Origin: Eledone cirrhosa
Lineage: Eukaryota
NCBI GenBank assembly: GCA_964016885.1
Contig: OZ024744.1
Coordinates: 136,435,334 to 136,499,333 of the forward strand
Direction: 5' to 3'
DNA length: 64,000 nucleotides
Shown: in pieces, positions 1 through 15,000 of the stretch
How the letters are laid out: each line of letters opens with the position of its first letter
Position numbering within the stretch: position 1 is the stretch's first letter
Translations under genes and position numbers: made by a program
Notes under the pieces: model-generated
Databases searched by the model: none
Seen by the model: the letters and a program-made list of their open reading frames with translations, nothing else
Told to the model about the DNA's origin: nothing

Positions 1-3000
1 AGAGACTGTGTCTGAGAGGGATATAATGTAGTGTGCGAGAGAGGAGACTGAGGTGGTATGGACATGTGATGTGTTGAGAGAGAAACTGTGTCTGAGAGGG
101 ATATAATGTAGTGTGCGAGAGAGGAGACTGAGGTGGTATGGACATGTGATGTGTTGAGAGAGAAACTGTGTCTGAGAGGGATAGAATGTAGTGTGCGAGA
201 GAGGAGACTGAGGTGGTATGGACATGTGATGAGTTGAGAGAGAAACTGTCTGAGAGGGATAGAATGTAGTGTGCGAGAGAGGAGACTGAGGTGGTATGGA
301 CATGTGATGTGTTGAGAGAGAAACTGTGTCTGAGAGGGATAGAATGTAGTGTGCGAGAGAGGAGACTGAGGTGGTATGGACATGTGATGACTTGAGAGAG
401 AAACTGTCTGAGAGGGATAGAATGTAGTGTGCGAGAGGGGAGACTGAGGTAGTATAGACATGTGATGAATTGAGAGAGAAACTGTGTCTGAGAGGGATAG
501 AATGTAGTGTACGGGAGAGGAGACAGGTGGTATGGACATGTGATGAGTTGAGAGAGAAACTGTGTCTGAGAGGGATAGAATGAAGTGTGCGAGAGAGGAG
601 ACTGAGCTGGTATGGACATGTGATGTGTTGAGAGAGAAACCGTGTCTGAGAGGGATAGAATGTAGTATGCGAGAGAGGAGACTGAGGTGCTATGGACATG
701 TGATGAGTTGAGAGAGAAACTGTGTCTGAGAGGGATAGAATGTAGTGTGTGAGAGAGGAGACTGAGGTGGTATGGACATGTGATGAGTTCAGAGAGAAAC
801 TGTGTCTGAGAGGGATAGAATGAAGTGTGCGAGAGAGGAGACTGAGGTGGTATGGACATGTGATGAGTTGAGAGAGAAACTGTGTCTGAGAGTGATAGAA
901 TGTAGTGTGTGAGAGAGGAGACTGAGGTGGTATAGACATGTGATGTGTTGAGAGAGAAACTGTGTCTGAGAGGGATAGAATGTAGTGTGCGAGAGAGGAG
1001 ACAGGTGGTATGGACATGTGATGAGTTGAGAGAGAAACCGTGTCTGAGAGGGATAGAATGTAGTGTGCGAGAGAGGAGACTGAGGTGGTATAGACATGTG
1101 ATGTGTTGAGAGAGAAACTGTGTCTGAGAGGGATAGAATGTAGTGTACGGGAGAGGAGACAGGTGGTATGAACATGTGATGAGTTGAGAGAGAAACTGTG
1201 TCTGAGAGAGATAGAATGTAGTGTGTGAGAGAGGAGACTGAGGTGGTATGGACATGTGATGTGTTGAGAGAGAAACTGTGTCTGAGAGGGATAGAATGTA
1301 GTGTGCGAGAGAGGAGACTGAGGTGGTATGGACATGTGATGAGTTGAGAGAGAAACTGTGTCTGAGAGAGATAGAATGTAGTGTGTGAGAGAGGAGACTG
1401 AGGTGGTATGGACATGTGATGTGTTGAGAGAGAAACTGTGTCTGAGAGTGATAGAATGTAGTGTACGGGAGAGGAGACTTAGGTAGTATGGACATGTGAT
1501 GAGTTGAGAGAGAAACTGTGTCTGAGAGGGATAGAATGTAGTGTGAGAGAGAGGAGACTGAGGTGGTATGGACATGTGATGAGTTGAGAGAGAAACTGCT
1601 TCTGAGAGGGATAGAATGTAGTGTGCGAGAGAGGAGACTGAGGTGGTATGGACATGTGATGTGTTGAGAGAGAAACTGTGTCTGAGAGGGATAGAATGTA
1701 GTGTGTGAGAGAGGAGACTGAGGTGGTATGGACATGTGATGTGTTGAGAGAGAAACTGTGTCTGAGAGGGATAGAATGTAGTGTGCGAGAGGGGAGACTG
1801 AGGTGGTATGGACATGTGATGTGTTGAGAGAGAAACTGTGTCTGAGAGGGATAGAATGTAGTGTGTGAGAGAGGAGACTGAGGTGGTATGGACATGTGAT
1901 GTGTTGAGAGAGAAACTGTGTCTGAGAGGGATAGAATGAAGTGTGCGAGAGAGGAGACTGAGGTGGTATGGACATGTGATGAGTTGAGAGAGAAACTGTG
2001 TCTGAGAGGGATAGAATGTAGTCTGTGAGAGAGGAGACTGAGGTGGTATGGACATGTGATGTGTTGAGAGAGAAACTGTGTCTGAGAGGGATAGAATGTA
2101 GTGTGCGAGAGAGGAGACTGAGGTGGTATGGACATGTGATGAGTTGAGAGAGAAACTGTGTCTGAGAGGGATAGAATGTAGTCTGTGAGAGAGGAGACTG
2201 AGCTGGTATAGACATGTGATGTGTTGAGAGAGAAACCGTGTCTGAGAGGGATAGAATGTAGTGTGCGAGAGAGGAGACTGAGGTGCTATGGACATGTGAT
2301 GTGTCGAGAGAGAAACTGTGTCTGAGAGGGATATAATGTAGTGTGCGAGAGAGGAGACTGAGGTGGTATGGACATGTGATGTGTTGAGAGAGAAACTGTG
2401 TCTGAGAGGGATAGAATGTGGTGTACGGGACAGGAGACTGAGGTGGTATGGACATGTGATGAATCGAGAGAGAAACTGTGTCTGAGAGAGATAGAATGTA
2501 GTGTGCGAGAAAGGAGACAGGTGGTATTGATATGTGATGAGTTGAGAGAGAAACTGTCTGAGAGAGATATAATGTAGTGTGCGAGAGAGGAGACTGAGCT
2601 GGTATGGACATGTGATGTGTTGAGAGAGAAACCGTGTCTGAGAGGGATAGAATGTAGTATGCGAGAGAGGAGACTGAGGTGCTATGGACATGTGATGAGT
2701 TGAGAGAGAAACTGTGTCTGAGAGGGATAGAATGTAGTGTGTGAGAGAGGAGACTGAGGTGGTATGGACATGTGATGAGTTCAGAGAGAAACTGTGTCTG
2801 AGAGGGATAGAATGAAGTGTGCGAGAGAGGAGACTGAGGTGGTATGGACATGTGATGAGTTGAGAGAGAAACTGTGTCTGAGAGTGATAGAATGTAGTGT
2901 GTGAGAGAGGAGACTGAGGTGGTATAGACATGTGATGTGTTGAGAGAGAAACTGTGTCTGAGAGGGATAGAATGTAGTGTGCGAGAGAGGAGACAGGTGG

Positions 3001-6000
3001 TATGGACATGTGATGAGTTGAGAGAGAAACCGTGTCTGAGAGGGATAGAATGTAGTGTGCGAGAGAGGAGACTGAGGTGGTATAGACATGTGATGTGTTG
3101 AGAGAGAAACTGTGTCTGAGAGGGATAGAATGTAGTGTGCGAGAGAGGAGACTGGTGGTATGGACATGTGATGAGTTGAGAGAAAAACTGTCTGAGAGGT
3201 ATAGAATGTAGTGTGCGAGAGAGGAGACTGAGGTGGTATGGACATGTGATGAGTTGAGAGAGAAACTGTCTCTGAGAGTGATAGAATGTAGTGTGCGAGA
3301 GAGGAGACTGGTGGTATGGACATGTGATGAGTTGAGAGAGAAACTGTCTCTGAGAGGGATAGAATGTAGTGTGCGAGAGAGGAGACAGGTGGTATGGACA
3401 TGTGATGAGTTGAGAGAGAAACCGTGTCTGAGAGGGATAGAATGTAGTGTGCGAGAGAGGAGACTGAGGTGGTATAGACATGTGATGTGTTGAGAGAGAA
3501 ACTGTGTCTGAGAGGGATAGAATGTAGTGTACGGGAGAGGAGACAGGTGGTATGAACATGTGATGAGTTGAGAGAGAAACTGTGTCTGAGAGGGATAGAA
3601 TGTAGTGTGCGAGAGAGGAGACTGAGGTGGTATGGACATGTGATGACTTGAGAGAGAAACTGTGTCTGAGAGAGATAGAATGTAGTTTGTGAGAGAGGAG
3701 ACTGAGGTGGTATGGACATGTGATGTGTTGTGAGAGAAACTGTGTCTGAGAGGGATAGGATATAGTGTGCGAGAGGAGGAGACTGAGGTGGTATGGACAT
3801 GTGATGTGTTGAGAGAGAAACTGTGTCCGAGAGTGATAGAATGTAGTGTAAGAGAGAGGAGACTGAGGTGGTATGGACATGTGATGAGTTGAGAGAGAAA
3901 CTGTGTCTGATAGGGATAGAATATAGTGTGCGAGAGGAGGAGACTGAGGTGGTATGGACATGTGATGTGTTGAGAGAGAAACTGTCTGAGAGGGATAGAA
4001 TGTAGTGTGTGAGAGAAGAGACTGAGGTGGTATGGACATGTGATGTGTTGAGAGAGAAACTGTGTCTGAGAGGGATAGAATGTAGTGTGCGAGAGAGGAG
4101 ACTGGTGGTATGGACATGTGATGAGTTGAGAGAGAAACTGTGTCTGAGAGGGGTAGAATGTAGTGTGCGAGAGAGGAGACTGAGGTGGTATGTACATGTG
4201 ATGACTTGAGAGAGAAACTGTCTGAGACGGATAGAATGTAGTGTGCGAGAGGGGAGACTGAGGTGGTATGGACATGTGATGAGTTGAGAGAGAAACTGTG
4301 TCTGAGAGGGATAGAATGTAGTGTACGAGAGAGGAGACTGAGGTGGTATGTACATGTGATGAATTGAGAGAGAAACTGTGTCTGAGAGAGATAGAATGTA
4401 GTGTGCGAGAGAGGAGACTGAGGTGGTATGGACATGTGATGTGTTGAGAGAGAAACTGTGTCTGAGAGGGATAGAATGTAGTGTACGGGAGAGGAGACAG
4501 GTGGTATGGACATGTGATGAGTTGAAAGAGAAACTGTGTCTGAGAGGGATAGAATGTAGTGTGCGAGAGAGGAGACTGAGGTGGTATGAACATGTGATGA
4601 GTTGAAAGAGAAACTGTGTCTGAGAGGGATAGAATGTAGTGTGTGAGAGAGGAGACAGGTGGTATGGACATGTGATGAGTTGAGAGAGAAACTCTGTCTG
4701 AGAGGGATAGAATGTAGTGTGCGAGAGAGGAGACTGAGGTGGTATGAACATGTGATGAGTTGAAAGAGAAACTGTGTCTGAGAGGGATAGAATGTAGTGT
4801 GTGAGAGAGGAGACAGGTGGTATGGACATGTGATGAGTTGAGAGAGAAACTGTGTCTGAGAGGGATAGAATGTAGTGTACGGGAGAGGAGACAGGTGGTA
4901 TGAACATGTGATGAGTTGAGAGAGAAACTGTGTCTGAGAGGGATAGAATGTAGTGTGCGAGAGAGGAGACTGAGGTGGTATGGACATGTGATGACTTGAG
5001 AGAGAAACTGTGTCTGAGAGAGATAGAATGTAGTGTGTGAGAGAGGAGACTGAGGTGGTATGGACATGTGATGTGTTGTGAGAGAAACTGTGTCTGAGAG
5101 AGATAGAATGTAGTGTGTGAGAGGGGAGACTGAGGTGGTATAGACATGTGATGAGTTGAGAGGGATAGAATGTGGTGTGCGAGAGAGGAGACTGAGGTGG
5201 TATGGACATGTGATGTGTTGAGAGAGAAACTGTGTCTGAGAGGGATATAATGTAGTGTGCGAGAGAGGAGACTGAGGTGGTATGGACATGTGATGTGTTG
5301 AGAGAGAAACTGTGTCTGAGAGGGATATAATGTAGTGTGCGAGAGAGGAGACTGAGGTGGTATGGACATGTGATGTGTTGAGAGAGAAACTGTGTCTGAG
5401 AGGGATAGAATGTAGTGTACGGGAGAGGAGACAGGTGGTATGGACATGTGATGAGTTGAAAGAGAAACTGTGTCTGAGAGGGATAGAATGTAGTGTGCGA
5501 GAGAGGAGACTGAGGTGGTATGAACATGTGATGAGTTGAAAGAGAAACTGTGTCTGAGAGGGATAGAATGTAGTGTGTGAGAGAGGAGACAGGTGGTATG
5601 GACATGTGATGAGTTGAGAGAGAAACTCTGTCTGAGAGGGATAGAATGTAGTGTGCGAGAGAGGAGACTGAGGTGGTATGAACATGTGATGAGTTGAAAG
5701 AGAAACTGTGTCTGAGAGGGATAGAATGTAGTGTGTGAGAGAGGAGACAGGTGGTATGGACATGTGATGAGTTGAGAGAGAAACTGTGTCTGAGAGGGAT
5801 AGAATGTAGTGTGCGAGAGAGGAGACTGAGGTGGTATGGACATGTGATGAGTTGAGAGAGAAACTGTGTCTGAGAGGGATAGAATGTAGTGTGCGAGAGA
5901 GGAGACGGAGGTGGTATGGACATGTGATGAGTTGAGAGAGAAACTGTGTCTGAGAGGGATAGAATGTAGTGTACGGGAGAGGAGACAGGTGGTATGAACA

Positions 6001-9000
6001 TGTGATGAGTTGAGAAACTGTGTCTGAGAGGGATAGAATGTAGTGTGCGAGAGAGGAGACTGAGGTGGTATGGACATGTGATGACTTGAGAGAGAAACTG
6101 TGTCTGAGAGAGATAGAATGTAGTGTGTGAGAGAGGAGACTGAGGTGGTATGGACATGTGATGTGTTGTGAGAGAAACTGTGTCTGAGAGAGATAGAATG
6201 TAGTGTGTGAGAGGGGAGACTGAGGTGGTATAGACATGTGATGAGTTGAGAGAGAAACTGTGACTGAGAGGGATAGAATGTGGTGTGCGAGAGAGGAGAC
6301 TGAGGTGGTATGGACATGTGATGTGTTGAGAGAGAAACCGTGTCTGAGAGGGATAGAATGTAGTGTGCGAGAGAGGAGACTGAGGTGCTATGGACATGTG
6401 ATGTGTCGAGAGAGAAACTGTGTCTGAGAGGGATATAATGTAGTGTGCGAGAGAGGAGACTGAGGTGGTATGGACATGTGATGTGTTGAGAGAGAAACTG
6501 TGTCTGAGAGGGATATAATGTAGTGTGCGAGAGAGGAGACTGAGGTGGTATGGACATGTGATGTGTTGAGAGAGAAACTGTGTCTGAGAGGGATAGAATG
6601 TAGTGTGCGAGAGAGGAAACTGAGGTGGTATGGACATGTGATGAGTTGAGAGAGAAACTGTCTGAGAGGGATAGAATGTAGTGTGCGAGAGAGGAGACTG
6701 AGGTGGTATGGACATGTGATGTGTTGAGAGAGAAACTGTGTCTGAGAGGGATAGAATGTAGTGTGCGAGAGAGGAGACTGAGGTGGTATGGACATGTGAT
6801 GACTTGAGAGAGAAACTGTCTGAGAGGGATAGAATGTAGTGTGCGAGAGGGGAGACTGAGGTAGTATAGACATGTGATGAATTGAGAGAGAAACTGTGTC
6901 TGAGAGGGATAGAATGTAGTGTACGGGAGAGGAGACAGGTGGTATGAACATGTGATGAGTTGAGAGAGAAACTGTGTCTGAGAGGGATAGAATGTAGTGT
7001 GCGAGAGAGGAGACTGAGGTGGTATGGACATGTGATGAGTTGAGAGAGAAACTGTGTCTGAGAGAGATAGAATGTAGTGTGTGAGAGAAGAGACTGAGGT
7101 GGTATGGACATGTGATGTGTTGAGAGAGAAACTGTGTCTGAGAGAGATAGAATGTAGTGTGTGAGAGGGGAGACTGAGGTGGTATGGACATGTGATGAGT
7201 TGAGAGAGAAACTGTCTGAGAGGGATAGAATGTAGTGTGCGAGAGAGGAGACTGAGGTGGTATGGACATGTGAAGTGTTGAGAGAGAAACTGTGTCTGAG
7301 AGAGATAGAATGTAGTGTGTGAGAGAGGAGACTGAGGTGGTATGGACATGTGATGTGTTGTGAGAGAAACTGTGTCTGAGAGAGATAGAATGTAGTGTGT
7401 GAGAGGGGAGACTGAGGTGGTATAGACATGTGATGAGTTGAGAGAGAAACTGTGACTGAGAGGGATAGAATGTGGTGTGCGAGAGAGGAGACTGAGGTGG
7501 TATGGACATGTGATGTGTTGAGAGAGAAACCGTGTCTGTGAGGGATAGAATGTAGTGTGCGAGAGAGGAGACTGAGGTGCTATGGACATGTGATGTGTCG
7601 AGAGAGAGACTGTGTCTGAGAGGGATATAATGTAGTGTGCGAGAGAGGAGACTGAGGTGGTATGGACATGTGATGTGTTGAGAGAGAAACTGTGTCTGAG
7701 AGGGATATAATGTAGTGTGCGAGAGAGGAGACTGAGGTGGTATGGACATGTGATGTGTTGAGAGAGAAACTGTGTCTGAGAGGGATAGAATGTAGTGTGC
7801 GAGAGAGGAGACTGAGGTGGTATGGACATGTGATGAGTTGAGAGAGAAACTGTCTGAGAGGGATAGAATGTAGTGTGCGAGAGAGGAGACTGAGGTGGTA
7901 TGGACATGTGATGTGTTGAGAGAGAAACTGTGCCTGAGAGGGATAGAATGTAGTGTGCGAGAGAGGAGACTGAGGTGGTATGGACATGTGATGAGTTGAG
8001 AGAGAAACTGTCTGAGAGGGATAGAATGTAGTGTGCGAGAGAGGAGACTGAGGTGGTATGGACATGTGAAGTGTTGAGAGAGAAACTGTGTCTGAGAGAG
8101 ATAGAATGTAGTGTGTGAGAGAGGATACTGAGGTTGTATGGACATGTGATGTGTTGTGAGAGAAACTGTGTCTGAGAGAGATAGAATGTAGTGTGTGAGA
8201 GGGGAGACTGAGGTGGTATAGACATGTGATGAGTTGAGAGAGAAACTGTGACTGAGAGGGATAGAATGTGGTGTGCGAGAGAGGAGACTGAGGTGGTATG
8301 GACATGTGATGTGTTGAGAGAGAAACCGTGTCTGTGTGGGATAGAATGTAGTGTGCGAGAGAGGAGACTGAGGTGCTATGGACATGTGATGTGTCGAGAG
8401 AGAGACTGTGTCTGAGAGGGATATAATGTAGTGTGCGAGAGAGGAGACTGAGGTGGTATGGACATGTGATGTGTTGAGAGAGAAACTGTGTCTGAGAGGG
8501 ATATAATGTAGTGTGCGAGAGAGGAGACTGAGGTGGTATGGACATGTGATGTGTTGAGAGAGAAACTGTGTCTGAGAGGGATAGAATGTAGTGTGCGAGA
8601 GAGGAGACTGAGGTGGTATGGACATGTGATGAGTTGAGAGAGAAACTGTCTGAGAGGGATAGAATGTAGTGTGCGAGAGAGGAGACTGAGGTGGTATGGA
8701 CATGTGATGTGTTGAGAGAGAAACTGTGTCTGAGAGGGATAGAATGTAGTGTGCGAGAGAGGAGACTGAGGTGGTATGGACATGTGATGACTTGAGAGAG
8801 AAACTGTCTGAGAGGGATAGAATGTAGTGTGCGAGAGGGGAGACTGAGGTAGTATAGACATGTGATGAATTGAGAGAGAAACTGTGTCTGAGAGGGATAG
8901 AATGTAGTGTACGGGAGAGGAGACAGGTGGTATGGACATGTGATGAGTTGAGAGAGAAACTGTGTCTGAGAGGGATAGAATGTAGTGTGCGAGAGAGGAG

Positions 9001-12000
9001 ACTGAGGTGGTATGGACATGTGATGAGTTGAGAGAGAAACTGTGTCTGAGAGGGATAGAATGTAGTGTGCGAGAGAGGAGACTGAGGTGGTATGGACATG
9101 TGATGAGTTGAGAGAGAAACTGTGTCTGAGAGGGATAGAATGTAGTGTGCGAGAGAGGAGACGGAGGTGGTATGGACATGTGATGAGTTGAGAGAGAAAC
9201 TGTGTCTGAGAGGGATAGAATGTAGTGTACGGGAGAGGAGACAGGTGGTATGAACATGTGATGAGTTGAGAAACTGTGTCTGAGAGGGATAGAATGTAGT
9301 GTGCGAGAGAGGAGACTGAGGTGGTATGGACATGTGATGACTTGAGAGAGAAACTGTGTCTGAGAGAGATAGAATGTAGTGTGTGAGAGAGGAGACTGAG
9401 GTGGTATGGACATGTGATGTGTTGTGAGAGAAACTGTGTCTGAGAGAGATAGAATGTAGTGTGTGAGAGGGGAGACTGAGGTGGTATAGACATGTGATGA
9501 GTTGAGAGAGAAACTGTGACTGAGAGGGATAGAATCTGGTGTGCGAGAGAGGAGACTGAGGTGGTATGGACATGTGATGTGTTGAGAGAGAAACCGTGTC
9601 TGAGAGGGATAGAATGTAGTGTGCGAGAGAGGAGACTGAGGTGCTATGGACATGTGATGTGTCGAGAGAGAAACTGTGTCTGAGAGGGATATAATGTAGT
9701 GTGCGAGAGAGGAGACTGAGGTGGTATGGACATGTGATGTGTTGAGAGAGAAACTGTGTCTGAGAGAGATAGAATGTAGTGTGTGAGAGAGGAGACTGAG
9801 GTGGTATGGACATGTGATGTGTTGTGAGAGAAACTGTGTCTGAGAGAGATAGAATGTAGTGTGTGAGAGGGGAGACTGAGGTGGTATAGACATGTGATGA
9901 GTTGAGAGAGAAACTGTGACTGAGAGGGATAGAATGTGGTGTGCGAGAGAGGAGACTGAGGTGGTATGGACATGTGATGTGTTGAGAGAGAAACCGTGTC
10001 TGTGAGGGATAGAATGTAGTGTGCGAGAGAGGAGACTGAGGTGCTATGGACATGTGATGTGTCGAGAGAGAGACTGTGTCTGAGAGGGATATAATGTAGT
10101 GTGCGAGAGAGGAGACTGAGGTGGTATGGACATGTGATGTGTTGAGAGAGAAACTGTGTCTGAGAGGGATATAATGTAGTGTGCGAGAGAGGAGACTGAG
10201 GTGGTATGGACATGTGATGAGTTGAGAGAGAAACTGTCTGAGAGGGATAGAATGTAGTGTGCGAGAGAGGAGACTGAGGTGGTATGGACATGTGATGTGT
10301 TGAGAGAGAAACTGTGTCTGAGAGGGATAGAATGTAGTGTGCGAGAGAGGAGACTGAGGTGGTATGGACATGTGATGACTTGAGAGAGAAACTGTCTGAG
10401 AGGGATAGAATGTAGTGTGCGAGAGGGGAGACTGAGGTAGTATAGACATGTGATGAATTGAGAGAGAAACTGTGTCTGAGAGGGATAGAATGTAGTGTAC
10501 GGGAGAGGAGACAGGTGGTATGGACATGTGATGAGTTGAGAGAGAAACTGTGTCTGAGAGGGATAGAATGTAGTGTGCGAGAGAGGAGACTGAGGTGGTA
10601 TGGACATGTGATGAGTTGAGAGAGAAACTGTGTCTGAGAGGGATAGAATGTAGTGTGCGAGAGAGGAGACTGAGGTGGTATGGACATGTGATGAGTTGAG
10701 AGAGAAACTGTGTCTGAGAGGGATAGAATGTAGTGTGCGAGAGAGGAGACGGAGGTGGTATGGACATGTGATGAGTTGAGAGAGAAACTGTGTCTGAGAG
10801 GGATAGAATGTAGTGTACGGGAGAGGAGACAGGTGGTATGAACATGTGATGAGTTGAGAAACTGTGTCTGAGAGGGATAGAATGTAGTGTGCGAGAGAGG
10901 AGACTGAGGTGGTATGGACATGTGATGACTTGAGAGAGAAACTGTGTCTGAGAGAGATAGAATGTAGTGTGTGAGAGAGGAGACTGAGGTGGTATGGACT
11001 TGTGATGTGTTGTGAGAGAAACTGTGTCTGAGAGAGATAGAATGTAGTGTGTGAGAGGGGAGACTGAGGTGGTATAGACATGTGATGAGTTGAGAGAGAA
11101 ACTGTGACTGAGAGGGATAGAATCTGGTGTGCGAGAGAGGAGACTGAGGTGGTATGGACATGTGATGTGTTGAGAGAGAAACCGTGTCTGAGAGGGATAG
11201 AATGTAGTGTGCGAGAGAGGAGACTGAGGTGCTATGGACATGTGATGTGTCGAGAGAGAAACTGTGTCTGAGAGAGATAGAATGTAGTGTGTGAGAGGGG
11301 AGACTGAGGTGGTATAGACATGTGATGAGTTGAGAGAGAAACTGTGACTGAGAGGGATAGAATGTGGTGTGCGAGAGAGGAGACTGAGGTGGTATGCACA
11401 TGTGATGTGTTGAGAGAGAAACCGTGTCTGTGAGGGATAGAATGTAGTGTGCGAGAGAGGAGACTGAGGTGCTATGGACATGTGATGTGTCGAGAGAGAG
11501 ACTGTGTCTGAGAGGGATATAATGTAGTGTGCGAGAGAGGAGACTGAGGTGGTATGGACATGTGATGTGTTGAGAGAGAAACTGTGTCTGAGAGGGATAT
11601 AATGTAGTGTGCGAGAGAGGAGACTGAGGTGGTATGGACATGTGATGTGTTGAGAGAGAAACTGTGTCTGAGAGGGTTAGAATGTAGTGTGCGAGAGAGG
11701 AGACTGAGGTGGTATGGACATGTGATGAGTTGAGAGAGAAACTGTCTGAGAGGGATAGAATGTAGTGTGCGAGAGAGGAGACTGAGGTGGTATGGACATG
11801 TGATGTGTTGAGAGAGAAACTGTGCCTGAGAGGGATAGAATGTAGTGTGCGAGAGAGGAGACTGAGGTGGTATGGACATGTGATGAGTTGAGAGAGAAAC
11901 TGTCTGAGAGGGATAGAATGTAGTGTGCGAGAGAGGAGACTGAGGTGGTATGGACATGTGAAGTGTTGAGAGAGAAACTGTGTCTGAGAGAGATAGAATG

Positions 12001-15000
12001 TAGTGTGTGAGAGAGGAGACTGAGGTGGTATGGACATGTGATGTGTTGTGAGAGAAACTGTGTCTGAGAGAGATAGAATGTAGTGTGTGAGAGGGGAGAC
12101 TGAGGTGGTATAGACATGTGATGAGTTGAGAGAGAAACTGTGACTGAGAGGGATAGAATGTGGTGTGCGAGAGAGGAGACTGAGGTGGTATGGACATGTG
12201 ATGTGTTGAGAGAGAAACCGTGTCTGTGAGGGATAGAATGTAGTGTGCGAGAGAGGAGACTGAGGTGCTATGGACATGTGATGTGTCGAGAGAGAGACTG
12301 TGTCTGAGAGGGATATAATGTAGTGTGCGAGAGAGGAGACTGAGGTGGTATGGACATGTGATGTGTTGAGAGAGAAACTGTGTCTGAGAGGGATATAATG
12401 TAGTGTGCGAGAGAGGAGACTGAGGTGGTATGGACATGTGATGTGTTGAGAGAGAAACTGTGTCTGAGAGGGATAGAATGTAGTGTGCGAGAGAGGAGAC
12501 TGAGGTGGTATGGACATGTGATGAGTTGAGAGAGAAACTGTCTGAGAGGGATAGAATGTAGTGTGCGAGAGAGGAGACTGAGGTGGTATGGACATGTGAT
12601 GTGTTGAGAGAGAAACTGTGTCTGAGAGGGATAGAATGTAGTGTGCGAGAGAGGAGACTGAGGTGGTATGGACATGTGATGACTTGAGAGAGAAACTGTC
12701 TGAGAGGGATAGAATGTAGTGTGCGAGAGGGGAGACTGAGGTAGTATAGACATGTGATGAATTGAGAGAGAAACTGTGTCTGAGAGGGATAGAATGTAGT
12801 GTACGGGAGAGGAGACAGGTGGTATGAACATGTGATGAGTTGAGAGAGAAACTGTGTCTGAGAGAGATAGAATGTAGTGTGTGAGAGAGGAGACTGAGGT
12901 GGTATGGACATGTGATGTGTTGAGAGAGAAACTGTGTCTGAGAGTGATAGAATGTAGTGTACGGGAGAGGAGACTTAGGTAGTATGGACATGTGATGAGT
13001 TGAGAGAGAAACTGTGTCTGAGAGGGATAGAATGTAGTGTGAGAGAGAGGAGACTGAGGTGGTATGGACATGTGATGAGTTGAGAGAGAAACTGCTTCTG
13101 AGAGGGATAGAATGTAGTGTGCGAGAGAGGAGACTGAGGTGGTATGGACATGTGATGTGTTGAGAGAGAAACTGTGTCTGAGAGGGATAGAATGTGGTGT
13201 ACGGGACAGGAGACTGAGGTGGTATGGACATGTGATGAATCGAGAGAGAAACTGTGTCTGAGAGAGATAGAATGTAGTGTGCGAGAAAGGAGACAGGTGG
13301 TATTGACATGTGATGAGTTGAGAGAGAAACTGTCTGAGAGAGATATAATGTAGTGTGCGAGAGAGGAGACTGAGCTGGTATGGACATGTGATGTGTTGAG
13401 AGAGAAACCGTGTCTGAGAGGGATAGAATGTAGTATGCGAGAGAGGAGACTGAGGTGCTATGGACATGTGATGAGTTGAGAGAGAAACTGTGTCTGAGAG
13501 GGATAGAATGTAGTGTGTGAGAGAGGAGACTGAGGTGGTATGGACATGTGATGAGTTCAGAGAGAAACTGTGTCTGAGAGGGATAGAATGAAGTGTGCGA
13601 GAGAGGAGACTGAGGTGGTATGGACATGTGATGAGTTGAGAGAGAAACTGTGTCTGAGAGTGATAGAATGTAGTGTGTGAGAGAGGAGACTGAGGTGGTA
13701 TAGACATGTGATGTGTTGAGAGAGAAACTGTGTCTGAGAGGGATAGAATGTAGTGTGCGAGAGAGGAGACAGGTGGTATGGACATGTGATGAGTTGAGAG
13801 AGAAACCGTGTCTGAGAGGGATAGAATGTAGTGTGCGAGAGAGGAGACTGAGGTGGTATAGACATGTGATGTGTTGAGAGAGAAACTGTGTCTGAGAGGG
13901 ATAGAATGTAGTGTACGGGAGAGGAGACAGGTGGTATGAACATGTGATGAGTTGAGAGAGAAACTGTGTCTGAGAGAGATAGAATGTAGTGTGTGAGAGA
14001 GGAGACTGAGGTGGTATGGACATGTGATGTGTTGAGAGAGAAACTGTGTCTGAGAGGGATATAATGTAGTGTGCGAGAGAGGAGACTGAGGTGGTATGGA
14101 CATGTGATGTGTTGAGAGAGAAACTGTGTCTGAGAGGGTTAGAATGTAGTGTGCGAGAGAGGAGACTGAGGTGGTATGGACATGTGATGAGTTGAGAGAG
14201 AAACTGTCTGAGAGGGATAGAATGTAGTGTGCGAGAGAGGAGACTGAGGTGGTATGGACATGTGATGTGTTGAGAGAGAAACTGTGCCTGAGAGGGATAG
14301 AATGTAGTGTGCGAGAGAGGAGACTGAGGTGGTATGGACATGTGATGAGTTGAGAGAGAAACTGTCTGAGAGGGATAGAATGTAGTGTGCGAGAGAGGAG
14401 ACTGAGGTGGTATGGACATGTGAAGTGTTGAGAGAGAAACTGTGTCTGAGAGAGATAGAATGTAGTGTGTGAGAGAGGAGACTGAGGTGGTATGGACATG
14501 TGATGTGTTGTGAGAGAAACTGTGTCTGAGAGAGATAGAATGTAGTGTGTGAGAGGGGAGACTGAGGTGGTATAGACATGTGATGAGTTGAGAGAGAAAC
14601 TGTGACTGAGAGGGATAGAATGTGGTGTGCGAGAGAGGAGACTGAGGTGGTATGGACATGTGATGTGTTGAGAGAGAAACCGTGTCTGTGAGGGATAGAA
14701 TGTAGTGTGCGAGAGAGGAGACTGAGGTGCTATGGACATGTGATGTGTCGAGAGAGAGACTGTGTCTGAGAGGGATATAATGTAGTGTGCGAGAGAGGAG
14801 ACTGAGGTGGTATGGACATGTGATGTGTTGAGAGAGAAACTGTGTCTGAGAGGGATATAATGTAGTGTGCGAGAGAGGAGACTGAGGTGGTATGGACATG
14901 TGATGTGTTGAGAGAGAAACTGTGTCTGAGAGGGATAGAATGTAGTGTGCGAGAGAGGAGACTGAGGTGGTATGGACATGTGATGAGTTGAGAGAGAAAC